This document shows, piece after piece, positions 47,557 through 57,618 of a stretch of 64,000 bases of DNA. This DNA is from Candidatus Sumerlaeia bacterium (GTDB taxonomy: Bacteria > Sumerlaeota > Sumerlaeia > SLMS01 > JAHLLQ01). The stretch lies in the NCBI GenBank assembly GCA_019634695.1, contig JAHCAW010000010.1:22355-86354 (forward strand), read 5' to 3'. Position 1 is the first letter of the stretch, and each line of letters opens with the position of its first letter. Under the pieces are notes generated by a model. It saw only the letters and a program-made list of their open reading frames with translations, had not been told where the DNA came from and did not search any database. A program made the translations under genes and the position numbers.

Positions 47557-50500
47557 ACAGCAGGACACTCCTCTCCGGCATCAGGGACAACCATACCCGC
47601 GGCTGCGTGGGCGACTACCTTCGCGATCAGGTGCAGCCGGGGTGCCACATGTCCGTGGTTTCGGCCTTCTTCACGGTCTACGCCTACGACCTCATGAAGC
47701 ACGAGCTAGACGCCATTGGCCACATGGACTTCCTGTTCGGGGAACCCCGGTTCATCACGCGCCTGGACCCCGACAGAACGGAGAAGAAAGCCTTCATCAT
47801 CGACGCAAGGGGCCTTCGCCTTGCCAACGTCCTTCAGCAGAAGCGCGTCGCTCGTGAGTGCGCTGACTGGATCAGGGCGAAGGTGGATGTTCGCTCGGTC
47901 CGTCAGCTCAACTTCCTTCACGGAAAGATGTACCACGTCTCCCGGAACGGCGTAGACCGCGCCATCATGGGTTCCTCCAACTTCACCCCGGCGGGCCTTG
48001 GGCTCTCCTCCGATGGTGGGAACATAGAACTCAACCTCGTCGTGGACAGCGACCGTGATCGGCATGATCTGAAGGCTTGGTTCGATGACCTCTGGAACAG
48101 CAGCGAACTCACCAAAGATGTGAAAGACGACGTTCTTCAATACCTCGCACAGATCTACCAGAATCACAGCCCTGAGTTCATCTACTTCAAGACCCTTTAC
48201 GAAATCTTCAAGTCGTACCTGGATGGAGCCGACAAGACGGACCTCGACCTGGGGCGCACTACGCTCTTCGATACCGAGATTTGGAAGACTCTCTTCGAGT
48301 TTCAGAAAGATGGCGCGAAGGGCGCGATCAACAAAATCCTCCGCCATAATGGCTGCGTTGTGGCTGACTCCACGGGTCTTGGCAAAACATTCCTGGCCTT
48401 GGCCGTCATCAAGTACTTCGAGCTGAAGAATGAGCGGGTCTTGGTCCTTTGCCCCAAGAAGCTCCGTGGCAACTGGACCGTCTACCGAAGCAATGATGTC
48501 CTGAACCCCTTTGATAAGGACCGCTTCAGATTCGATGTTCTTTCCCACACAGACCTGAGCCGCGACTCCGGCTACAGTGGTGACATCAATCTGGAGACCC
48601 TGAACTGGGCCAACTACGACCTCGTCGTGATCGATGAATCGCACAATTTCCGGAACAACCTTCCCGGCAAGAAGGACGAAGACGGCAACGTCATTAGGAA
48701 GAGCCGATACATGCGGCTCATGGAAGACATCATCCAATCGGGCGTCAGGACGAAGGTTCTTCTCCTGTCAGCAACGCCGGTAAACAACGATCTCAAGGAC
48801 TTGCGAAACCAGCTCTACTTCATCTCCGCTGGTGAGGATGACTATTTCGCCAACTCTGGTATTCCAGACCTGAAGGAAACCCTGCGTAAGGCCCAAGGGC
48901 ACTTCACTGCATGGTCGAAGCTCAAACCAGAAGAACGCAGGGTCTCAGAGCTTCTCAGCCGACTTGGCAGCGACTTCTTCAAGATCCTCGATGGACTCAC
49001 CATCGCTCGCGCCAGGAAGCACGTTCAGAAGTACTACTCCCATGAGATGGAGCGTCTTGGCAAGTTCCCCAAGCGGCTCAAGCCTCAAACGGAGAGTCCC
49101 GACATCGACGCCAAGGGTCGCTTCCTTCCCTATGATCGGCTCAGTGAAGAGATTGACCATTACAAACTCTCACTTTTCAAGCCTTCCACCTTCCTCAGGC
49201 CTGATTTGCCAAAGGAAGTCATGGACGAGTATACACGCCGCGTCGGCAACTTCACCCAGGCGCAACGCGAAGACTTCCTCATCGGCATGATGAAGGTGAA
49301 CTTCCTCAAGCGCCTGGAAAGCTCCGTCTACTCGTTTGCTCTCACCATGGAGCGGACCATCGACAAGATCGAAAAGCTTGAAGCTCGGCTGGAAAAGTTC
49401 CTTCGCCTTCAGGAAGACTTCCCTGACCTTGATTTGTCCGAAGTTCATCCGGAGGACCTCGCTGGCGAAGAAGACGATGAGGTCCGCGATGCCCTGGAGG
49501 TCGGCAAGAAGCTGCGTTACAAGGTCGCCCATCTCAACGTGGCAAAGTGGCTCCGTGCCCTGCATGAAGACAAGCAGCAGCTCAACCTTCTGTACATTCA
49601 GGCAAAGGACGTCACCCCGGACAGAGACCTCAAGCTACAACGCCTCCGTGAAATCATCAGCGCAAAGGTCCGCAATCCCCCGATCAACCGTGATGGCAAG
49701 CCGAACCGGAAAATCCTCATCTTCACTGCGTTCGCAGACACCGCACGCTACCTTTACGAGCACCTCAGTGAGTGGGCCATGGACGAGCTTGGCATTCACT
49801 CTGCGCTCGTTGTGGGCGGCGGTGGATGCCAGACGACCTATACGCCAAAGGGCTACTCCAGACAGGAAGAATTCGACCGCATCCTTACCAACTTCTCCCC
49901 CATGGCCAAGAAGCGCGACAAGATCGCGTCCATGCCTCAGGAAGGCGAAATCGATCTCCTGATCGGCACAGACTGTATCTCCGAAGGTCAGAATCTTCAG
50001 GATTGCGACACAATTGTAAACGCCGACATACATTGGAACCCTGTTCGTATCATTCAAAGATTTGGAAGATGTGACAGAATTGGATCTCGAAATGAAGCCA
50101 TCCAGCTTATCAACTTCTGGCCCACGAAGAACCTGGACAACTACATCAACCTCAAGCACCGGGTCGAAGCCCGCATGGCCTTGGTGGACGTTTCGGCCAC
50201 ACAGGAAGACAACCTTCTCCAGCAGGAACTGGAGGACCTCATCACCGAAGACCTTCGGATACCGCGATCGTGTCAACTCAAGCGGGCTTCGCGATGAGGT
50301 CTTGGACTTGGAGGATCTCGACGAGACCATCAGTCTGACCGAGTTCAACCTTGATGACTTCCGGATCGAATTGCTGAAGTTCTTGGAGGCCAATCGGCAG
50401 GCCCTTGAGGATGCCCCCTTTGGCTTGTATACCGTGGTGCCTTCGCTCTCCGACTTGGTGACCACGATCCAACCGGGCGTCATCTACTGCCTCCGCCAAA

Positions 50501-50898
50501 AGGCGAAATCCGTGGATCACTCCTCAGGCGAGAGGATCAACCCGCTGCAACCCTTCTACCTGGTTTATGTCCACAACGATGGCAACGTGCGCTTGAACTT
50601 CGTCCACCCCAAGCAGATTCTGAACCTCTATCGCCAACTCTGCTCCGAAAAGACGCTGCCTTACGACGAACTGTGCGCCCTCTTCGATCAGGAAACCCAA
50701 GACGGGCGCGACATGAGCCATTACGACAAGATCCTTCAGCGCTGCATCGACGCTATCGCGGCCACCTTCCAGAAGCGCGTTTCCACCAGCCTTCAATCTG
50801 ATCGGGGTTTTCTGATTCCTGAGGAAGACGATCAGGTCGACAATGAAGAAGACTTCGAGCTGGTGACCTGGCTTGTGATCAAGGGGGCCCATCAATGA
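47553..50898 (+). CDS. PLD-nuclease domain plus SNF2-family helicase/translocase, interrupted by a frameshift near 50,250
   Basis: The TTG start at 47553 lies 5 nt after AAGGAGAG. A single HKD motif reads HGKMYH...GSSNFT (47919 onward). Helicase motifs are ADSTGLGKT, VIDESHNF, LLSATPVNN and QRFGRCDRIG. Frame 0 stops at 50297, and the conserved tail (YRDRVNSSGLRDEVLDLEDL... to 50898) lies in the +1 frame. Confidence 0.85.
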
Positions 50899-53800
50899 GC
50901 CTGGAACAGCGCGAACGCATCCATGAAGCCCTCAACATCTTCACAACCTCCAGCCTCCTGGAGGCATCCCAGGGTCTCTTCGAGACCTTGGGCTACAAGA
51001 GCAAGCGTCGCCCCAAGCGCTGGAACTCGGCCCCAAGCCATTTCCTGAATCAGTACGGACAGGGCGAGCAGCCCCTCAACGAGAAGCGGGCGCTCTTCGA
51101 TCGCTGGAAGGCGGTGGAGATCCTCTTCCAGCTTGGTGATGAGGAAGTCCGCTCCGCCCTGGGATACGGCGAGGACCTTTTCGGTAGCGCAGGGGAGATC
51201 GACAACAAGCGCATCGAGAGCTACCTCTTCTTTGCCATCCAACTGGAGCCGAAGGGAGAGGGCCTCGCCTACACCCGCACCGAGCTTTCCAACGCCACCA
51301 GGGCCGTCAACGCCCTCTTCCCCATGCCCGCCATGCTTCTGTTCAAGCACGGCGAAACGATCTCCATCGCGGTCATCAACCGCAGGCTCCACAAGCGAGA
51401 TGCCTCGAAGGACGTGATGGAGAAGGTCACGCTCATCAAGGACATCGCCACGGCGGATCCCCTCAGGGCCCACCTGGAGATCCTGTCAGACCTCGGCATC
51501 CATGCCTTGGAAGACGAGTTCAAGTTCACCAACTTCGCAGGTCTGCATGCGGCCTGGGAAAAGCGGCTGGGAACCTACGCACTCAGCGAACGATTCTACC
51601 GCGAGGTGGCCGACTGGTACTTCTACGCCTTGGAGAAGAATCAGGACATCAAGTTCCCCCGGTCGATCGAGGAAATGGCCGACCGGACTGAGGAGCAGCA
51701 GGACGAGAAGAAGAAGCAGAAGTCCCTCTTCCTGATCCGTCTCCTGACCCGCCTGATCTTCTGCTGGTTCCTGCAAGAAAAGCGTCTGATCCCCCGCGAC
51801 ATGTTCCGCGAGCGTATCGTGAAGAAGCTGCTCAAGGACGCATCGCCCGCATCTGGAACCTACTACAAGGCCTTCCTCCAGAACCTGTTCTTCGCCACGC
51901 TGAACCAGGAGCAGGACAAGCGCGACTGGCGCAAGAAGTACAAGGGCAGCCGCGATGGCAATGTGGGCATCACCAACCTGTGGCGATTTGCCGATGACCT
52001 GAACGATCCTGCCAAGCTCGAAGCCATGCTTCGCGATCAGGTACCCTTCGTAAACGGCGGCCTGTTCGACTGCCTGGATGATCGATACACGAAAGAAGAA
52101 GCACTGCCAGACAGATTCCTGGACGGCTTCTCAGAGCGCAAAGACAACACCCTCCACCTGCCCAACGCCCTCTTCTTTGCCAAGGAGCGCACCGTCGATC
52201 TCAGCGATGTATACCATGACAAACGGCGTTCACGCGAAAAACTCTCCGGCCTGATCGACATCCTGAGCCGCTACAAGTTCACCGTCGAAGAAAACACCCC
52301 CCTCGAAGAGGAAATCGCTCTCGACCCCGAGTTGCTGGGCAAGGTCTTCGAGAACCTGCTCGCCAGCTACAACGACGACACCCAGACCACCGCTCGCAAG
52401 GCCCTGGGAGCCTTCTACACCCCGCGCTCGGTCGTCAGCTACATGGTGGATGAAGCCCTGTGCTGCTTCCTCGCCACCAAGGTCACCTCTACCTCTGCGG
52501 CCAAAGTCCGTCAGCTCATCCAGACCGTCCCTGGGGAATACGACCCCCACCAGCATTTCTCCCAGGACGAGATCAACACCCTGATTCAGGAAATCGGCAA
52601 GGTCCGCGTTCTGGATCATGCCTGCGGTTCCGGGGCCTACCTGATGGGTGCGCTCCACCGCCTGGTGGACCTGCTTCAAAAGCTGGACCCCAAGAACGCC
52701 GCCTGGAAGCAGGACAAGCTGAAGGCCGCCCAGCAGCTCCTGGATGATCGCCGCAAGGAAGGAGCCGACGAGGACGAGCAGCGGCAGCTCGAAGAGCGCA
52801 CCCAGGAGATCAAGCGCTCCTTCGACGAAGCTTTCCACGAGCTGGACTACGCCCGTAAGCTCTATCTGATCGAGGACTGCATCTACGGCGTGGACATCCA
52901 GCCCGTGGCCTGCCAGATCGCCAAGCTGCGCTTCTTCATCTCGCTGATCGTGGACCAGAAGGTGAAGCGCAAGAGCGCCAACCTGGGCGTGCGCCCCATG
53001 CCCAACCTGGAAACAAAGATCGTCGCCGCCAATGCCTTGCTCCCCATCGACTTCCCCCAGCTTGATCTCTTCTCCATGGGCAAGGTCGAGGACCTGCGTA
53101 AGGACCTGCTCCGAATTCGCCACGAGCACTTCGACGCCCGCACGCCCCAGCGCAAGAAGCGGCTGCGCGAGAAGGACAAATCCCTGCGGGCCGACATCGC
53201 GAAGTTCCTGAAGGAAAGCGGCCTCCCTTCGGCCAGCGCCAACGCCCTGGCGGGTTGGGATCCTTACGACCAGAGCGGCTTCGCCCCGTTCTTCGACCCC
53301 TCCTGGATGTTCGGCTTCACCCAGAAGGACGCTCTCTTCGATGTTGTCCTAGCGAACCCCCCTTACGTCCGCCAGGAGAAGATCAAGGATCAGAAAGCCG
53401 CGCTGAAGCCCCACTACACGCAGACCTACAGCGGCACGGCTGACCTGTACGTGTACTTCTACGACCGCGCCCTGCAACTCCTCAGACCCAACGGGGCGCT
53501 CTCGTTTATCACGTCAAACAGCTTCCTGAGTGCCGCATTCGCTGAAGGACTGCGTAAGACACTGGTCCGCGAAACGACCATTCAGTCGGTGATCGATTTT
53601 GGTGAGACGCCTGTCTTCACGGCCATTACAGAGCCTGCTATTCTGATCGCATCAAAGGCGTCGTCCAAGGACAATCAGGTCCGTGCCCTCCGGTGGGATG
53701 AGAAGCTTGATCCCAAGGACTTGAAAAGAACCATCGACGAAGAAGGGTTCTCTTTACCCCAGGCCACGCTGGGTTCCGAGATTTGGAAGATTGAGAAACC

Positions 53801-54812
53801 CCACATTCTGAAACTACTGAAACGTCTTGAGGAAGTGGGCACACATCTTGGACCTTTAGTAACAAGTCGTTTTTACAGAGGCGTTTTGACGGGGTTGAAC
53901 GAAGCCTTCGTAATCGACCAAGTCACCTATGAGCAGTTGGTCCGGGAGGATGCCAAGTCGTCAGAGGTGATCTACCCTTTCCTGCGTGGCAGGGATGTAA
54001 AGAGGTGGAGTGTCACTCAGCCAGAGCAGTGGCTTATCTTTACGCGAAGAGGCATCGACATTCGCCGCTATCCTGCAATTCATAAACATTTATCACAGTA
54101 CCGGGAGAAGCTGGAACCCAAGCCATCGAATTGGCCGAGTGGGAAGCCTTGGAATGGGCGCAAGACCGGAACTTACAAATGGTATGAGATTCAGGACAAC
54201 ATCGCGTATTGGGAGGAATTTGCTGAACCCAAAATCGTCTATCAAGACATCGCTCGGAGCTATGGCATGGCTTGGGATGAGAGCGGTGCGATGCTCGTCA
54301 ACACCTGTTATTTCATACCAGGTCAACGTCCATGGCTGCTCGGTGAGCTACTTTCTCCTGTGATTCGCTTTTGGGTCCAGAAGGTTCTCGGACACGATGA
54401 GGGTGGCTTCTTGCGCCTCTTCTCGGTTCATGTGGGCAAGTTCCCGATCGTTCCCCCCGAGCCGAAGCAGGCTGACTTGATGGATTCAATTGCCCGCATT
54501 CTGATTGAAGGAAACCGACATAAGGATCTGGAAGCGCGGGATACGATGATGCTCGGGTTCTACGAACAGATCCTAAACGCGCTCGTGTATGAACTCTACT
54601 TCACCGAAGACCTTCACCGCGGGGATCTCCATTTCTTCGATTTGGTAGAGAAGGCGACGATTCCCGATGTGACGGCCCTACCAGAGCAGAACCGAATCGC
54701 TGCCATGCGTGCAGCCTTTGAGCGTCTGTACGAACGCAGCCATCCACTTCAGGGAGCACTTCAGTCTCTGGAGAGCCTTGATGTTGTGCGGATGATTGAG
54801 GGGCGAACATGA
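50895..54812 (+). CDS. Eco57I/PglX-family gamma-class N6-adenine DNA methyltransferase with a TaqI_C-like specificity domain (1,305 aa)
   Basis: The start overlaps the helicase stop (ATGA). Motifs are GAFYTPR, VLDHACGSGAYL (motif I) and NPPY at 53355-53366. The C-terminal region KWYEIQDNIAYWEEFAEPKIVYQDI is typical of type IIG/PglX target-recognition modules. The N-terminal region of about 480 aa is unassigned. Confidence 0.9.
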   Translation: MSLEQRERIHEALNIFTTSSLLEASQGLFETLGYKSKRRPKRWNSAPSHFLNQYGQGEQPLNEKRALFDRWKAVEILFQLGDEEVRSALGYGEDLFGSAGEIDNKRIESYLFFAIQLEPKGEGLAYTRTELSNATRAVNALFPMPAMLLFKHGETISIAVINRRLHKRDASKDVMEKVTLIKDIATADPLRAHLEILSDLGIHALEDEFKFTNFAGLHAAWEKRLGTYALSERFYREVADWYFYALEKNQDIKFPRSIEEMADRTEEQQDEKKKQKSLFLIRLLTRLIFCWFLQEKRLIPRDMFRERIVKKLLKDASPASGTYYKAFLQNLFFATLNQEQDKRDWRKKYKGSRDGNVGITNLWRFADDLNDPAKLEAMLRDQVPFVNGGLFDCLDDRYTKEEALPDRFLDGFSERKDNTLHLPNALFFAKERTVDLSDVYHDKRRSREKLSGLIDILSRYKFTVEENTPLEEEIALDPELLGKVFENLLASYNDDTQTTARKALGAFYTPRSVVSYMVDEALCCFLATKVTSTSAAKVRQLIQTVPGEYDPHQHFSQDEINTLIQEIGKVRVLDHACGSGAYLMGALHRLVDLLQKLDPKNAAWKQDKLKAAQQLLDDRRKEGADEDEQRQLEERTQEIKRSFDEAFHELDYARKLYLIEDCIYGVDIQPVACQIAKLRFFISLIVDQKVKRKSANLGVRPMPNLETKIVAANALLPIDFPQLDLFSMGKVEDLRKDLLRIRHEHFDARTPQRKKRLREKDKSLRADIAKFLKESGLPSASANALAGWDPYDQSGFAPFFDPSWMFGFTQKDALFDVVLANPPYVRQEKIKDQKAALKPHYTQTYSGTADLYVYFYDRALQLLRPNGALSFITSNSFLSAAFAEGLRKTLVRETTIQSVIDFGETPVFTAITEPAILIASKASSKDNQVRALRWDEKLDPKDLKRTIDEEGFSLPQATLGSEIWKIEKPHILKLLKRLEEVGTHLGPLVTSRFYRGVLTGLNEAFVIDQVTYEQLVREDAKSSEVIYPFLRGRDVKRWSVTQPEQWLIFTRRGIDIRRYPAIHKHLSQYREKLEPKPSNWPSGKPWNGRKTGTYKWYEIQDNIAYWEEFAEPKIVYQDIARSYGMAWDESGAMLVNTCYFIPGQRPWLLGELLSPVIRFWVQKVLGHDEGGFLRLFSVHVGKFPIVPPEPKQADLMDSIARILIEGNRHKDLEARDTMMLGFYEQILNALVYELYFTEDLHRGDLHFFDLVEKATIPDVTALPEQNRIAAMRAAFERLYERSHPLQGALQSLESLDVVRMIEGRT

Positions 54813-56773
54813 GAATCTCCAAGATCACCGTCAATGACTTCCGAGCCTTCCCGCACGTGGCAACGTTTGATCTGACGGACGGAGCCAACTTGCTCGTCTA
54901 TGGCGAGAACGGCTCCGGGAAGTCATCTCTCTTTCAAGCTCTTCGTGAGTTTTTTCGAGCTGGCAGACAGCCGCCTCCTGCCTACTCTCAGTTCAAGAAC
55001 ATCTTCATCGCACCCGCGACCACTCCAACCGCTCCCGGAGACGGCCAGGTTTCGTTGGAGCTGATGGAAACAACGGGCTCTCCCGTGAAGAGGACGGTCA
55101 CCTGGGCTGAGGGCCGTCCAAGACCGCTGGATGATCCGACACTTTCGCGCTCGGACCGCGAACTGCTGGCAGACGCTGCGGCAAGATCTTCCTTTCTTGA
55201 GTACCGATCTCTTCTCAGGACCAACTTCGACCTCAAGACTCCGAACCAGCGACTCTTTGAGCTGGCAGTAAGTGTCCTTCTTGCCGATGTCCCTGCAACG
55301 TTACCTGGCAGAGGAAGAGTTCCTATCAAAACTCTCTGGAAGGCCCTCAATCAGGCCCCCCCTGGTCCCGGCGAACATTACAACACATCGCGCAAGAACC
55401 GTGTCGCCAATGCCGAACAAGAGTTCAACGTTGCCCTGAAAGGGATCCTCCCAGAGGTGCAGCAAGAGGCATCCAAGTATCTTGCCATGTTTGAAGGTGT
55501 GGGAATCGATCTCAAGATCGACTTCAATGGGCTACGTTTCGACCCCAGCAAACCACGTGACTGGAATCGACATTTCATAGGGCGTGAGCTGGATTTCAAA
55601 GTTTTGCTAAATGGTGAAGAGTTGTCGGAGTGGACAGAGTTCTTGAACGAGGCGCGGCTCTCTGCTCTTGCGCTGTCCTTGTACCTTGCAGGAGTGCGTC
55701 GAAGTGACTTTGGTACTTCGCCTGATCCATTGCGCCTGTTGGTTCTTGATGATGTGCTCATCGGTCTCGACCTCGGTAACAGAATCCCTGTTCTCAGGAT
55801 TCTTGAGCGCTACTTTCCCGACTACCAGGTCGTACTGCTGACTCATGACAGAGTGTGGTTTGAGATGGCACAAATCTCCTTTCAGGAGCCCGAGAACTGG
55901 ATCTCCTACGAAATGTACGCACGGGAAATGCGGGAGGGGGCAAAAATATTTGAAGCTCCCGTCATAAAGCCACCCATTGAGAAGATCAAAGAATTGGCGG
56001 GTCAGTATCTCCAGCTTGCCGAAAATGAACTGAATTCTGCCACGCCATCTCTGCGCACCGCCGCTTTTCATGCTCGTGTGGCTCTCGAAATCAAGCTGAA
56101 GTCATTCTGCGACAGGAAGGTACCCGTCCAGTTCAACATGAACCCAAGGTTGATTTCGGTGGACAATTTCATGGAAGCAGTTGAGGCGTTCCTGATCTCC
56201 ACAGGCCATGATGTCTTGGGGCTTTTTCATCTGCACCGAATCGAACTGTTCAAGAAGGGCGTACTGAATCCCTCTGCCCACTTTCATCCAGTCACTCTTT
56301 CTACTGACGAAGTGAAGGAGGCAATACGGGCAGTCAAGGAGCTTGAGCTACATAAGGAAACCACGAACTTCGCCCTGAAGGCGGAGCCGAAAACCCAGGC
56401 CGTTCCCACTGGGCATGACCCAACGGCTTGGACTCATGATGCTGCCTGTTGGGTGCGCGTTACCTTTGAAGTGGATCTGAGAAGATTCCTGAAAGACCGC
56501 GGAGGCAGGCTTCCCTTTACATACGTCCCGCCCCTCTGGCCGCTCAGTGAACTATGGGAAAGCGCCAAGGCGCGGATGAATGAACTGAATCCGACAGCCG
56601 CGCCTCCGGTGATTGCAGCGATCGAAGGCCACCGAAGCGTTCTTCTTGATGATTGGAGTTATGCACGGGTTTCGGGATTGAGCCTGAGCGACATCCAGAA
56701 CGCATGGGCTGCGCTGAAGGATCCCAGCTCCACGCCCACCAATGTAAAGACCATCCTGGCGACGTTCAACTGA
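54809..56773 (+). CDS. SMC/RecF/ABC-like ATPase (654 aa) with an uncharacterised helical C-terminal half
   Basis: The start overlaps the methyltransferase stop (ATGA). Walker A is GENGSGKSS, the signature-like motif is NEARLSALALSLYLA, Walker B is LLVLDDVLIGLD and the H-loop is LLTHD. Confidence 0.8.
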   Translation: MRISKITVNDFRAFPHVATFDLTDGANLLVYGENGSGKSSLFQALREFFRAGRQPPPAYSQFKNIFIAPATTPTAPGDGQVSLELMETTGSPVKRTVTWAEGRPRPLDDPTLSRSDRELLADAAARSSFLEYRSLLRTNFDLKTPNQRLFELAVSVLLADVPATLPGRGRVPIKTLWKALNQAPPGPGEHYNTSRKNRVANAEQEFNVALKGILPEVQQEASKYLAMFEGVGIDLKIDFNGLRFDPSKPRDWNRHFIGRELDFKVLLNGEELSEWTEFLNEARLSALALSLYLAGVRRSDFGTSPDPLRLLVLDDVLIGLDLGNRIPVLRILERYFPDYQVVLLTHDRVWFEMAQISFQEPENWISYEMYAREMREGAKIFEAPVIKPPIEKIKELAGQYLQLAENELNSATPSLRTAAFHARVALEIKLKSFCDRKVPVQFNMNPRLISVDNFMEAVEAFLISTGHDVLGLFHLHRIELFKKGVLNPSAHFHPVTLSTDEVKEAIRAVKELELHKETTNFALKAEPKTQAVPTGHDPTAWTHDAACWVRVTFEVDLRRFLKDRGGRLPFTYVPPLWPLSELWESAKARMNELNPTAAPPVIAAIEGHRSVLLDDWSYARVSGLSLSDIQNAWAALKDPSSTPTNVKTILATFN

Positions 56774-57618
56774 TGCGAAAAATGGCAGACCCCCTGAAGA
56801 TCGACCTCAGCTTCGGTCCCGCCACCTTGGACCTCAACACCCTGCGTCGTTGGTTCAAGGAAGCCCCTGTGCGCACGGTGGCCTACCGATTCCTGAAGGT
56901 CTTCAACGATCATGGGGTCAAGAATACACAAATCCAGCGACTGGTGCCTGAGGTAACCCTCGACAGAGTCACTGATCCGATAGCGCTCCTGCCCGCGCTG
57001 ACGAACGACGTGCTGACCAGGACGGCCAAGACCCTCGGGATTGAGCGTGCGTGGCTGGATGGCGTCCAGGAGCGCATGTACCGCCACCACGGCAGCTACC
57101 AAAATCCAGCGGCCTTTTTCGACGTCGTGAGGGGGCTGGAAAAGCCCTTCGTCGGGCACGCGTTGAGGGCGTACTGCATGGATCCGAATCTGGATATCCG
57201 AAAAGGTCGGCCGCAGCCGATTGTGTTGGTCTTCGCCGAAAAGATTTGTGACTGGGATGATGATGGTGAACTTCTGAGATTCATCCCCTTCACCGAGGAG
57301 TGGGACTGGGGCTACCCGAAGAGCCGCCTCCAGTTGAAGGCCACCATCCGCGCCTGCCATGACTACCTGGGCATCGCGGTCGTTCCCCTCTACCAGGTCG
57401 ACAGGAAGACCCTGAAGGACCTCTCCGAGGGCGAAGCCGTGCCACCTGACGTTCCCTGGAGCCGCGACGTCTCCCTGGAGGACTACGTCTTCTCACCAGA
57501 CGAAAGCCACGTCTCCAAGGAGTCCGAAGAGCTGGAGGCGGTCTTTTCTTGGATGAAGAGGATGAAGATGGAGGAACTGGCGAAAGCATCCGCGCATGAA
57601 GAGGACGGCTCACCATGA
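56773..57618 (+). CDS. Orphan protein (281 aa), no recognisable domain
   Basis: It overlaps the ATPase stop (TGATG) and the next gene's start (ATGA). The product reads MRKMADPLKIDLSFGPATLDLNTLRRWFKE... and has an acidic C-terminus. Confidence 0.55.
   Translation: MRKMADPLKIDLSFGPATLDLNTLRRWFKEAPVRTVAYRFLKVFNDHGVKNTQIQRLVPEVTLDRVTDPIALLPALTNDVLTRTAKTLGIERAWLDGVQERMYRHHGSYQNPAAFFDVVRGLEKPFVGHALRAYCMDPNLDIRKGRPQPIVLVFAEKICDWDDDGELLRFIPFTEEWDWGYPKSRLQLKATIRACHDYLGIAVVPLYQVDRKTLKDLSEGEAVPPDVPWSRDVSLEDYVFSPDESHVSKESEELEAVFSWMKRMKMEELAKASAHEEDGSP

Noticed and set aside
47706-53129. Antisense ORFs inside the helicase (47706-48737, 343 aa) and the methyltransferase (52230-53129, 299 aa)
   Set aside because: They mirror the codon structure of strongly supported sense genes, lack RBS and start context, and have Val/Glu/Leu/Gly-biased composition typical of antisense frames.
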